Assembly: GCA_049970015.1 (NCBI GenBank)
Contig: JBMFNT010000011.1
Span: forward strand, 1-23,292
Reading direction: 5' to 3'
DNA: 23,292 nucleotides
From: Candidatus Micrarchaeia archaeon
Lineage (GTDB): Archaea > Micrarchaeota > Micrarchaeia > CAILAH01
Under the pieces are notes generated by a model that was not told the DNA's origin, did not search any database, and saw only the letters and a list, made by a program, of their open reading frames with translations. Positions within the stretch are counted from its first letter, which is position 1. Each line of letters starts with the position of its first letter. Shown in pieces: positions 8,122 through 17,580 of the stretch. The translations under genes and the position numbers were made by a program.

Positions 8122-8190
8122 CCATAAAACAGTGAACACTACGAATTTATTTTATTAAACTTATGTTTTTAATTATTATTTGGTGTTTTT

Positions 8191-8481
8191 ATGGCAAAAG
8201 TAAGGTTTCCAAAAGATAATATAGTGGTTGATGCTCCAGTGGGAAAAAAACTTAAAGACATCGCTGAAGAGAATGGCGCAAACATACACTTTGCTTGTGG
8301 GGGGAATGGAACGTGTGGTACATGCCTAATAAAAGTGATAAAAGGCATAGAAAATCTTAATGAAAAGACAAAAATTGAGAAAAGGACGCTTGAGCTTCTG
8401 GGAGCTGAGCCAGACAATAGACTGGCTTGCCAGTGCACGATTGTAAAAGATGGGGAGATTGTAATTGAAAATGTTTATTGA
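8191..8481 (+). CDS. 2Fe-2S ferredoxin
   Basis: FACGGNGTCGTC...RLACQC. Confidence 0.92.
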   Translation: MAKVRFPKDNIVVDAPVGKKLKDIAEENGANIHFACGGNGTCGTCLIKVIKGIENLNEKTKIEKRTLELLGAEPDNRLACQCTIVKDGEIVIENVY

Positions 8482-9146
8482 ATAGGTATAATCCTGATCT
8501 TATTTCTTTTTAGGTCTGCAAAGAACATCTTGTTTTCTAAATCACATTCATTCTTTAGCAGTAGTTTTGTACATTCTGAAGCGGATATGCATCCAGCCAA
8601 CGCAGCAGCAGGAGGGTATATCCCCATAGACTCACATCCCTCTTCACCTTTTGAGGCTATGACAAACTCATGAAGATACTTGTTTTTAAAAACAGCAACG
8701 CGTGCCATATATCCCACAGCAGACGCATATATGAGTGGCTTTTTTGCACGTTTGCATAACCTACTTATTCTCAGTCTTGAGTCCAGGTTGTCAGTGCAAT
8801 CAATCACAACATCACTTCTTGTGAAATCCCTATGTGCAAACCTCCTTACTCCATTAATCTTGATATGTGGATTATACGTTTTGATTTTATGCACGGCAAT
8901 GTCTACTTTCCGTTTTCCAATATCCTCCTCTGAATAAAGAAACTGTCTGTTGAGGTTTGACATTTCTACAAAGTCATTGTCACATATTGTAATGTTTGTT
9001 CCAAGCCCGGCCATTATGGTAGATAAATAACTACCTACCCCTCCAATTCCTATGATCAGCACTCTGCTCTTAATCAGCCTATTCTGCCCCTCATTCCCAA
9101 AACCATCAAGTAACATATTGCGTAAGTACCTTTCATCCATCTGCAT
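8475..9146 (-). CDS. ThiF/MoeB/HesA (UbaA-like E1) adenylyltransferase
   Basis: RYLRNM, GIGGVG, DFVEMSNLNRQFLY, DCTDN. Confidence 0.9.
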   Translation of the reverse strand: MQMDERYLRNMLLDGFGNEGQNRLIKSRVLIIGIGGVGSYLSTIMAGLGTNITICDNDFVEMSNLNRQFLYSEEDIGKRKVDIAVHKIKTYNPHIKINGVRRFAHRDFTRSDVVIDCTDNLDSRLRISRLCKRAKKPLIYASAVGYMARVAVFKNKYLHEFVIASKGEEGCESMGIYPPAAALAGCISASECTKLLLKNECDLENKMFFADLKRNKIRIIPIQ

Positions 9147-9190
9147 AATTACTAAAAATGTTTTTATAATATTTTAATCAAATTTTAAAT

Positions 9191-9907
9191 GTGGTGAAGT
9201 TTTCAGTCATAGTGCCAACACTGAACGAAGAAAAATATATCGAGGAATGCCTCAGCACCCTGTATGCACAGGATACTACAGATTCTTATGAAATAATAGT
9301 TGCAGATAGTCATAGCACAGACAAGACAGTCCGCATTGCAGAAAAGTATGCTGATAAGGTAGTGTCATGTGGAAAAGGGATTTCACATGGTAGGAACAGC
9401 GGTGCCAAGGCTGCAAAGGGCAAGTATTTGGTGTTCATTGATGCGGACAGCTTGGCATCACCAGGATTGCTTTCTGCATATTCTAAAGTGTTTGAGAGAA
9501 AGGATTGTATTGCCGGTACGGGGCCAATATTCCCAAAAGAGAAACTCGGCTCTTTCGAAGATATATTCGTGAACATAGGCAGTAAGCTTTACACTGAAAG
9601 CTGGATAAAATTCCTTATAAGCATAGGCAAACCGGCATTTATAGGCTCAAACAGCGCGTTCAGCAAGGAAAAGTTTATGGAGATTGGAGGATTTAGGGAA
9701 GATTTGAACACGTTTGAGGATGGAGACTTAAGCATGCGCCTTGTTGGAAAAGGGAGGTTTGCATTTCACAGTAATGCAAAGGTTTACACAAGCATAAGGC
9801 GGTTGAAGAGATGGGGGTATCTTAAATTCATAAAGTTCCATACATCCAACACAATTAAGTATATGCTTTTTAAGAACCCGCACAAAAATTATGAAGTTGT
9901 CAGATAA
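9191..9907 (+). CDS. Glycosyltransferase family 2
   Basis: SVIVPTLNEE, STDKT, RNSGA, FIDAD, GGF, EDGDL, SIRR. Confidence 0.92.
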   Translation: MVKFSVIVPTLNEEKYIEECLSTLYAQDTTDSYEIIVADSHSTDKTVRIAEKYADKVVSCGKGISHGRNSGAKAAKGKYLVFIDADSLASPGLLSAYSKVFERKDCIAGTGPIFPKEKLGSFEDIFVNIGSKLYTESWIKFLISIGKPAFIGSNSAFSKEKFMEIGGFREDLNTFEDGDLSMRLVGKGRFAFHSNAKVYTSIRRLKRWGYLKFIKFHTSNTIKYMLFKNPHKNYEVVR

Positions 9908-9948
9908 CAGCAACAAATATAAATTATGAAACCTTATTTAATTATTAT

Positions 9949-10062
9949 AGCCCCGTCGTCTAGTGGCCAAGGATGGTGGGCTTTGGACAAAGGGTGGTTA
10001 GTTTTTTATCTTTTTGTACAGGAGGAAACCCATAGACCCAGGTTCGAATCCTGGCGGGGCTA
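9949..10062 (+). tRNA. tRNA-Gln(TTG) with a 41-nt intron at 37/38 (9987-10027)
   Basis: Acceptor AGCCCCG/CGGGGCT, GTGGG-CT-TTG-G[intron]A-CCCAT, CCAGG-TTCGAAT-CCTGG. Confidence 0.92.
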
Positions 10063-10088
10063 TGTTTTTAATATTAAAGTGAGAATTT

Positions 10089-10811
10089 ATGAATATGTCC
10101 ACTATACCAGAGCTTGCAAGGAAAGCACTCTTGGAAGGATATATAGTAAAGCCATTCCATTTTGCAGATGAAGTGGATAAGAAAGCAAAGTTAAATGCAT
10201 TAAGCAAAAATGTAGAAGATATTTTTTTGCGGAATTTTATATTGGAGCACATAGTTGACAGGCTTACCTACATCAAAGATTATATGATAAAGAACAGCAT
10301 AAATTTTATGGTCATGGTAAAGGATGTGGAAGGAAACGTTGTTGGCGTTGGTAATTTTATATATTCAAAATCCTCAAACATGCTCTATATACGAACGTAT
10401 AAGACGGTTAAGAATGCAGAGCCAAACAAAATCCTTGCACTCCTAATCTCCGGGGCAAAGGATTGCATGGGTGAATACGGTTTTCAAACAAAAGCTGTTA
10501 TTGCATCATCCCAACTGGATAAGAAAAATATGGCCCATCTAAAATCAATGGAAGAAATAGGGATGAAACAGATTGTGACAGAACAAAAACTTTCACTGCT
10601 GCAAAGCGAGTATCTGCTCATGATGGAGAAGTTCGTTAATGAAAGGATCGAATTTAACAAGGATAAATTACTCCTTTTCCTAAGAGACCTTAATGAAGAA
10701 AAGGAGCTTGTCTTTCTCCTTAATGTGCTCGAGGACTCTGACATGAAAATACAACTGAGAAAACTTGATACGGAAAAGCTGATTGCGCTTTTGGAAAAAA
10801 TATCAGGCTAA
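10089..10811 (+). CDS. Hypothetical protein (possible degenerate GNAT-like core)
   Basis: 240-aa ORF. VKDVEGNVVGVGNF..LYIR weakly resembles GNAT strands. Confidence 0.6.
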   Translation: MNMSTIPELARKALLEGYIVKPFHFADEVDKKAKLNALSKNVEDIFLRNFILEHIVDRLTYIKDYMIKNSINFMVMVKDVEGNVVGVGNFIYSKSSNMLYIRTYKTVKNAEPNKILALLISGAKDCMGEYGFQTKAVIASSQLDKKNMAHLKSMEEIGMKQIVTEQKLSLLQSEYLLMMEKFVNERIEFNKDKLLLFLRDLNEEKELVFLLNVLEDSDMKIQLRKLDTEKLIALLEKISG

Positions 10812-10819
10812 ACTTTTAC

Positions 10820-11740
10820 CTATTCTTTTGCATGCCTTGAGATTATCATGGCGAGCCTGTCAAAGCTTATTAGAGTACCATCCAACGGTGAACCACCTGC
10901 AATTGAGGTGCCATTCCATTCGTCAACCAGTGATTTGACATTCCTGACCTTCCTCTCCTCTTCACTCAGCACTTTGTAAAGGTTTGCACCAATCTTTCCT
11001 TTCACGGCTCTCAATGATACCTTAAGCCGCTTGTCATCTCGCTTTAGTATTATCAGAATTTTCTCAGAAGCATAGTTTGCAGCAATGGATAATGCACATG
11101 GATCTATGTATTCATTTTCTTTAAGCGCGAGCACCCTATAACCGGAATTGTGGAGCAATTTCAATGACTTCTCAACTTGGGATGAATACTCTGAAACCCT
11201 TGCTCTTTCTTCATCCAAAATCTGTCTTATTCTAGCAGTTTGCTCAGCAATCATGTCAGTAAACTTTGCAATCGTTTCCATATGAGATCCATGTTCATCT
11301 TTTAACAGCTTCTCAATCTGCTCATGCAACAAGTTTAGTTCCTTATTATCATCAAAGCTGCGCGTATTAAGATACTGTGTACCTGCAATTTCAGGATAAT
11401 ATAAATGGGAAGAAACCAATGCCCATAATGCATATGATTTATGGTCAGAGCTATCTATTGTATAGTTCATCTTGGATGCAGCTACAAGAACACGAGAATG
11501 TTTTTTCGCAAGCTCAGGTTTTTGTGATACAAAATGTGCAATCACAGCATCTGGTGTAACAAGCTTTGGGTTGATCCTTACCTTAATATTCTCATCATTA
11601 AGAAACTTGAGTGCAATCTCAGTATGGCTGAGACCCTTTTTTAACTCATCCTTCAGGGCCATTCTAACTCCCCTTGAGTCTAACCAGGCAGACGGTCTCA
11701 TAAATATATCATCTTGAAAATCATCTGATACCTTAGCCAT
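10820..11740 (-). CDS. Hypothetical protein with DHH/DHHA1-like features
   Basis: 306-aa ORF. C-terminal KVSLRA...WNGTSIAGGSP resembles DHHA1. No intact DHH triad was seen. Confidence 0.55.
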   Translation of the reverse strand: MAKVSDDFQDDIFMRPSAWLDSRGVRMALKDELKKGLSHTEIALKFLNDENIKVRINPKLVTPDAVIAHFVSQKPELAKKHSRVLVAASKMNYTIDSSDHKSYALWALVSSHLYYPEIAGTQYLNTRSFDDNKELNLLHEQIEKLLKDEHGSHMETIAKFTDMIAEQTARIRQILDEERARVSEYSSQVEKSLKLLHNSGYRVLALKENEYIDPCALSIAANYASEKILIILKRDDKRLKVSLRAVKGKIGANLYKVLSEEERKVRNVKSLVDEWNGTSIAGGSPLDGTLISFDRLAMIISRHAKE

Positions 11741-11789
11741 ACTCCCACCATTACTAAACTGAATTCACAACTTATTATTATAAATGTTT

Positions 11790-12452
11790 CTACTTCTCTT
11801 GTACCCCTATTCTGTAGCACGCCTTGTTTATAGGGCACAAATCACATCTTGGCCGTACAGGTAGGCATATGACCTGCCCAAATCCCACGAATATCCTATT
11901 AAACTTTCTTCTGTACCTTTTAGGTACTATTTCATTAAGTATCTCACTTGTCTTTTCAGGAGTTTTTGTACTTACAATGCCAAGCCTGTTTGATATCCTG
12001 TGCACATGGGTATCCACACCTATAACATCTTTGTTGAATGCCCTTGCCATTACAATGTTTGCAGTTTTTAGGCCCACTCCAGGTAATCTCATAAGCTCTT
12101 TTACATCTGACGGAATTTTTCCATTATACTTTTCATTAATCATATTACACATTTTCTTTAGAGTTTTGGCCTTTGTGCGGTAAAACCCAACAGGTCTTAT
12201 CATAGCAGTAATCTTGTTTATGCTAAGTTTGCAGACATCTTTTGGAGTTTTTGCAATCTTGAAAAACTTCTTTGTAGCCATTATTGTATTCTCGTCCCGC
12301 GTTCTTGATGATAGCATTGTATAAACAAGGATTTCAAAAGGGCTCTTGGTATTGTTTTCTGCACTTATAACTGGTGCATTCATTTTGGTTGCAATTGCAT
12401 CCATATTACGAAGGTAAAACCCTATCTTTGCAAGAAAAGGATGCAGTGCCAT
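11790..12452 (-). CDS. nth: Endonuclease III
   Basis: HhH LPGVGLKTA, VDTHVHRISNRLG, 4Fe-4S motif C-x6-C-x2-C-x5-C. Confidence 0.95.
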   Translation of the reverse strand: MALHPFLAKIGFYLRNMDAIATKMNAPVISAENNTKSPFEILVYTMLSSRTRDENTIMATKKFFKIAKTPKDVCKLSINKITAMIRPVGFYRTKAKTLKKMCNMINEKYNGKIPSDVKELMRLPGVGLKTANIVMARAFNKDVIGVDTHVHRISNRLGIVSTKTPEKTSEILNEIVPKRYRRKFNRIFVGFGQVICLPVRPRCDLCPINKACYRIGVQEK

Positions 12453-12505
12453 ACACCCTAAATCCCAGATAAATATTATATATGTTTAAACCACTAAAAA
12501 TTTGT

Positions 12506-12675
12506 GCAGGGGTAGCAAAGCCTGGTCAGAGCCCCTTTTTCTCTTTCTAAGAGAAAAAGATCGCTTCCAGAAAAATGCGCCAGACTCAAGTAAACTCTTA
12601 AATAAAACGAAGGGTTTAGCACAGGAGAGATCTGGTCCCCTAGCGGGTTCGCCAGTTCAAATCTGGCCCCCTGCA
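12506..12675 (+). tRNA. tRNA-Leu(CAA) with a D-loop intron (12528-12572) and a 37/38 intron (12591-12629)
   Basis: GCAGGGG/CCCCTGC acceptor, long variable arm, CCAGA-CT-CAA-G[intron]A-TCTGG. D-loop BHB CTGG/CCAG. Confidence 0.9.
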
Positions 12676-12701
12676 TTAAAATGATAGAAATAATGTTTTA
12701 G

Positions 12702-15356
12702 CTACTGAGCATCATCAGATATAACTTGTGTAGGCCCATGTGCTGTTTTATTTCTAGTAAATATGTACATCTTTCCACTTGCACCTTCCTTAAGCTTTTC
12801 ATCGTGTGTGATGATAAAGGATTGGCTGATTATCTTAGGTAATCTATCACGTAGTATTTCACTCAATGCACGAACACCATTCTCATCAAGGTTATGTGTA
12901 GGCTCATCAAGAACAAGCAAGCTAATGTTTGGTGCAAGCACTATAGATAATGCAATCCTGAACACAAGCGCTATTGAGGCTCGCTCTCCACCACTCACGC
13001 TTCCTTCAATATTGATCCAATCATTGGCTCTCTTGGCTTTGAGTACATAATCCATATCTGTAGCTTCAAGCCTTACCTGTACGATATCACCATATGGATA
13101 AACTACCCCCCATACTCTGTTCATAACCTCATTTATAGAGCCTACAAGCTCATTCCTCAACATTACCTGTGTCTCAACTATTGCGGTATTGACAAGGCGT
13201 ACTTTCTCAATTACAACCTCGAGATTGCTAATCTCCATCTCCTTTTCTTCAATCTCTCTAATCTGCTTGCTTAATAATCCATGTTTACTTTTTACAATAC
13301 CAATGTTTTTCTTCATTTCTTCAATCCGTGCCGTGATCCCACTCATCTCCGCCATAATTTTTCCAGTTTCATTCCTTAGCATCTCAAGCTCTCTCTCATC
13401 ATATCTTATATCCTTGATTTTATCATCAATCTGCGAAATCTCCTTCTGCTTTCTTGCCACCTCATTTTGCATTTCAATATCTTTCTTTACTTCCAATAAC
13501 ATTACCTCATACTGCATATGCTCTCTTTCCTTGTCAGAAAGAGCATCCCTCATCTCACGCAATAGTTTTGTAGTATTTTCATTTTCTTCCCTTAATTTAG
13601 CAATCTGATTATCAATACCCTTGTTTTTCTCCAAAAACTCATCAAGTTCCAGTATTTTCTTCTCAAGGTCACTTGCACGTCTCGCCGCACTAATCTTTGA
13701 TGAAATTCCATCGACCTCTTCCCTGAGCTTTTCAATTTCCTCATTCAATGATGCAATCTTTTTACTGACTTGTTCGAACCTCCCTTTCTTTTCTAGGTAT
13801 TCGTTGGCGCGCAACTTAGCATCCTTAAGCATATGCTCAACTTCATCTTTTCTTCTGACCTTCTCCTCAAGCTCTGATATCTCCAGTGTAATCCTCCTTA
13901 ACTCATCCTCCTTCTTTTCCAAATCATTCTCAGAATCCTTCAGTATCCTCTCCCGCTTGCTTATTATCTCATCCTTCTTATTCTTGTCAAGCGGCCTATC
14001 ACATAATGGGCATACACCCATCCCTTCCTCTTTAAGCTTGCTTATTACTTCACTTGTTGTACTTATTACCTCTCTGAGTGATGCAACCCACTCTATCAAT
14101 ACTTCCTTTTGCGATTTCTTATCCTCTATCATCCTTCTAGAAACATCTTTTAATGATTCCCATTCCTTCATTAATTCCTCTACATCTTTCATACTTTTTT
14201 CCAAACGCTTGCAATCACGCAATAACATATCATGCTCTGCCCGATATCCGCTTAACTCCCTCTCAACTGATATAAGATGCTCATTCATATCCGCAAACTT
14301 CCTTTCCAATACTTCCAACCCTTCCACTGCAATCTTTCTAAGTTCTGCAAGCTCAGCTGCATACAATTCCTTCTTTTCTCCTGCCTCCATAACCTGTCTT
14401 CTCAAGTTCTCAAGCTCACCAAGGCGCGATATTATACTTGATGCATTGCTTTCAACCTGTCCCAGTGATTTACGAATATTTGCAATCTCTACATCAACCC
14501 TGCTAACCTTACTCTCAAGCCCTGCAACTTCTTCCAACTTGTGCCCCTTTATACTCTTAGATAACTCCTGAATGCCCGCAGATAACTCAATCTTACGCTT
14601 GGATAATGCATCAAACTGCTCCTTACCATGCTCAAGCTCTTTCCTCATTTTTTCTTTCTCATCATATACCTGTCTTAACTTTTCAAGCTCACTATTCAAT
14701 ACATTTATTGTATCATTGCCTTTTCTTATCTCTCCATCAACCAACCTCATTTCTTCAACTAATGCATTCTTGTTAAACGCATCAAGCATACCACGCTTTT
14801 CTTGCACTTCCTTGGTCAGCCTGTTCACGAGCTTGAGCGTGTTGGCACGACCTGTCTCAAACTTATCAATTCCTATCAATCCATCAATCTGCTTTTTTCT
14901 TTCACCTGGGTTTAGCGAAAAGAAGTAATCAATCTCATTTTGTTCCGAGTATATTGCTTTGGTAAACATATCGTAATCTACTCCAAGAATATGCTCAACC
15001 ATAGCAGTTACAGCCTCACTTTTTGCCTCAAGAAGCTTTCCATTCTCCCTGAGCTCAGCATCACTCTTGCCACCACGTATCACTCTCCTCACTGAATATT
15101 CCTTATCTTTATATTCAAACACTACTTCAACCACAGACTCGTCATTTCCAGTAAATTCTGAGGCTACCTGTGAAAGCTTGGTCCGTCTTCGTGTGAGAGC
15201 CGGGAATGTTCCATACAACCCGTAGCATATAGCTTCAAGCACAGAACTCTTTCCAGATCCGATTATACCAACGAGTAAGTTTGTACCTTTTGAAAACTCG
15301 AGCCGTGTTTCCCTATGTGATCTCCAGTTTTTTAAGTAGACAGTTCTAATCAGCAT
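12702..15356 (-). CDS. rad50: Rad50 (SMC-like ATPase)
   Basis: Walker A GSGKSS, Q-loop SEQNEID, long coiled coil with zinc hook CPLC, signature SGGE, Walker B/D-loop LDEPTHNLD, ITHD. Confidence 0.9.
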   Translation of the reverse strand: MLIRTVYLKNWRSHRETRLEFSKGTNLLVGIIGSGKSSVLEAICYGLYGTFPALTRRRTKLSQVASEFTGNDESVVEVVFEYKDKEYSVRRVIRGGKSDAELRENGKLLEAKSEAVTAMVEHILGVDYDMFTKAIYSEQNEIDYFFSLNPGERKKQIDGLIGIDKFETGRANTLKLVNRLTKEVQEKRGMLDAFNKNALVEEMRLVDGEIRKGNDTINVLNSELEKLRQVYDEKEKMRKELEHGKEQFDALSKRKIELSAGIQELSKSIKGHKLEEVAGLESKVSRVDVEIANIRKSLGQVESNASSIISRLGELENLRRQVMEAGEKKELYAAELAELRKIAVEGLEVLERKFADMNEHLISVERELSGYRAEHDMLLRDCKRLEKSMKDVEELMKEWESLKDVSRRMIEDKKSQKEVLIEWVASLREVISTTSEVISKLKEEGMGVCPLCDRPLDKNKKDEIISKRERILKDSENDLEKKEDELRRITLEISELEEKVRRKDEVEHMLKDAKLRANEYLEKKGRFEQVSKKIASLNEEIEKLREEVDGISSKISAARRASDLEKKILELDEFLEKNKGIDNQIAKLREENENTTKLLREMRDALSDKEREHMQYEVMLLEVKKDIEMQNEVARKQKEISQIDDKIKDIRYDERELEMLRNETGKIMAEMSGITARIEEMKKNIGIVKSKHGLLSKQIREIEEKEMEISNLEVVIEKVRLVNTAIVETQVMLRNELVGSINEVMNRVWGVVYPYGDIVQVRLEATDMDYVLKAKRANDWINIEGSVSGGERASIALVFRIALSIVLAPNISLLVLDEPTHNLDENGVRALSEILRDRLPKIISQSFIITHDEKLKEGASGKMYIFTRNKTAHGPTQVISDDAQ

Positions 15357-15408
15357 TAGTATACTTATGAAGAAGAATATATTAATAAATTAACTTCTAA
15401 AAACCTCT

Positions 15409-16365
15409 ATGCACACAAAAATATTCACAAAAAGAGAATTGAAAGATGCAGCAGATCTTATACGTAAAGGTGAGCTCGTAGCATTTCCAACAGAAACGGT
15501 GTATGGCCTTGGTGCGGATGCATTCAACCCATATGCTATAAAGAAAATATTTGAAGTAAAGGATAGGCCATCAGACAACCCATTAATAGTTCATATTGCA
15601 AGCAAGAAACAATTGTATAAAATAGCTGATGTACCCGTTCACTTAAAAAAGATAGTCGATAAGCTAGCTGCAAAATTCTGGCCAGGGCCACTTACAATAG
15701 TCCTAAAGAAAAAGAAAAGTATAGCGGATGAGGTTTCTGGTGGGTTGGATACTGTTGCGGTCAGAATGCCTAATAATAGAATAGCATTGGCGCTTATCAA
15801 AAAGGCAGGGGTGCCCATAGCAGCACCTTCAGCAAACATTTCAGGAAAACCTTCAAGCACATGTTTTGAACATGTATTTGATGATTTTGATGGCAAGATT
15901 GCAGGAATAATAAAAGCAAAAGATTGTAAGATTGGTATTGAATCAACAGTTGTAGATATAGTATCTGAACCGCCTCTCGTGCTCAGGCCTGGTGGTGTAA
16001 CAGTTGAGCAGCTGAAAAAGATCATACCAAACATAAAGGTTGCAAGGCATAAGCGTGTGGTGAAGGCGAGGTCTCCTGGGATGAAGTACAGGCATTATTC
16101 ACCAAATGCAAAAGTGATTCTATTTAAGGGAAGTGCAGTTAAGAAAATGCTAAAGTATAAAGAACAACTTGAAAAAAATGGTAAAATAGTGATTGTGATA
16201 AAGCCTGAAGGTAGTGTGCGCTTTTCAAAAAGACTGTTCAAATTATTTAGGCAGTGTGATAAAAAACATATTGATTACATCCTTATACAGGCAATACCCG
16301 AGAGAGGGATAGGCCTTGCTATAATGAACCGGATCAAGAAAGCCGCATACAAGGTAATCAAATAA
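15409..16365 (+). CDS. sua5: Threonylcarbamoyl-AMP synthase (Sua5 type)
   Basis: AFPTETVYGLGA, KDRPSDNPLIVH, FWPGPLT, AAPSANISG, SPGMKYRHYSP and a C-terminal SUA5 domain. Confidence 0.96.
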   Translation: MHTKIFTKRELKDAADLIRKGELVAFPTETVYGLGADAFNPYAIKKIFEVKDRPSDNPLIVHIASKKQLYKIADVPVHLKKIVDKLAAKFWPGPLTIVLKKKKSIADEVSGGLDTVAVRMPNNRIALALIKKAGVPIAAPSANISGKPSSTCFEHVFDDFDGKIAGIIKAKDCKIGIESTVVDIVSEPPLVLRPGGVTVEQLKKIIPNIKVARHKRVVKARSPGMKYRHYSPNAKVILFKGSAVKKMLKYKEQLEKNGKIVIVIKPEGSVRFSKRLFKLFRQCDKKHIDYILIQAIPERGIGLAIMNRIKKAAYKVIK

Positions 16366-16403
16366 TACTATCATACACCATTCGCATGATCTAAACAACC
16401 ATA

Positions 16404-16542
16404 ACATGCATCGTACCCCTAAACAATCACAATTCATAATCCAACCAGTATTGATAGTATGGCCATTATCTATCCTACATGCATCGTACCCCTAAACAAT
16501 CACAATTCATAATCCAACCAGTATTGATAGTATGGCCATTAT
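16404..16542. repeat. 66-bp direct repeat (16404-16469 / 16477-16542) with a 7-bp spacer
   Basis: ACATGCATCGTACCCC...GGCCATTAT occurs twice, separated by CTATCCT. It covers the 3' end of the GPT gene. Confidence 0.95.
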
Positions 16543-17529
16543 GCCAGCAAGCACCTGCAACCCGCATATTATTAACACCAGCTGTGTTTCAGTTGGCCTA
16601 AACAGCTTCATCACAATGTGTGTAATAGATCTTACCTCTCCCTCATAATACAACCGTTTTCCCATGCATTTGCCAAAGTTTTGCGCCTTAAACCTTGACA
16701 ATGCCTTTAGGAAAAACTCTACTATCTGAGGCATCATTAATATTGCCCCTGCCTTCTCAACATTTCCTATTATAACAGCTACTGCCACGCATACTCCTAT
16801 GAGATAGGTTACAATGTTTCCTGGAAATACCTTTGCAGGATACCAGTTGAACATTATGAATGCACTCAATGCACCCAGCAGTGAAATCATCAGAAATATT
16901 GCAACAATTTTTTCCTGATTAAAACCGGTCATGATTAATATGATAATCATGAATATTGCAATTATGATACCTGTTCCGGCCTCCAGCCCGTTAAACCCTG
17001 CAAGAAGGTTGACCAGGTTTGAGCATGCTATAACACCTATTGGTATAAGCACAAGCACATATAAATTCAGGCCTATTGTCCCAATGATTGGCAGTGTGAT
17101 ATATCCAAAGTGAAGGTTTACAGTACCTACAAATGGTAGTGCAATCTCACTTACACCCAACTTCAATAGCATTAGTGGCAGTGCGGCAAACAATGGTAGT
17201 ATAACCCTGTATAATTGAGGTATATTGAGCACATCATCAACAAAGCCGAGGAATGCAATAAGGGATATTGATAATGCCGCACCGAGAAGCGCAGTAGTTG
17301 CAATGCTGTTTGCTGCAAGTTGTAATGGTAGTAGGAATGCTACAATTACACCCAAGAATACAGCAACGCCACCTAGCTTAACTACTTTAGGTTTACCTGG
17401 TTTATTCATATCATGTGCAACAAACCCGCTGTTTTTTAGCTTTCTGATAAGCGGAGGTACCGCAATGTATGTTAGTATGAAAGACACGAGTGGAATTATT
17501 AATAACACAAGGCCGAGAGGCATGTCCAT
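16507..17529 (-). CDS. UDP-GlcNAc:dolichyl-phosphate GlcNAc-1-phosphotransferase (GT4/MraY family, AglH-like)
   Basis: DMNK, LGGV, GFVDD, NLVNLLAGFNGLE, FNWYPAKVFPGN; multiple TM segments. Confidence 0.88.
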   Translation of the reverse strand: MDMPLGLVLLIIPLVSFILTYIAVPPLIRKLKNSGFVAHDMNKPGKPKVVKLGGVAVFLGVIVAFLLPLQLAANSIATTALLGAALSISLIAFLGFVDDVLNIPQLYRVILPLFAALPLMLLKLGVSEIALPFVGTVNLHFGYITLPIIGTIGLNLYVLVLIPIGVIACSNLVNLLAGFNGLEAGTGIIIAIFMIIILIMTGFNQEKIVAIFLMISLLGALSAFIMFNWYPAKVFPGNIVTYLIGVCVAVAVIIGNVEKAGAILMMPQIVEFFLKALSRFKAQNFGKCMGKRLYYEGEVRSITHIVMKLFRPTETQLVLIICGLQVLAGIMAILSILVGL

Positions 17530-17580
17530 GCAAGAGTATTTGCTGTTAATAATATATTTGTTTACATAACTTATTTCCTA

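Noticed and set aside
8191..8481. Ferredoxin as the ubiquitin-like partner of the adjacent ThiF
   Set aside because: It has intact 2Fe-2S ligands, no C-terminal GG, and the genes are convergent.
12494..12684. Short ORFs overlapping tRNAs (also 9926-10171, 9998-10252, 7863-8135)
   Set aside because: They are translations of intron-containing tRNA genes.
12763..14928. Long + strand Ser/Phe/Leu-rich ORFs such as 13621-14571
   Set aside because: Antisense shadows of the E/K-rich Rad50 coiled coil.
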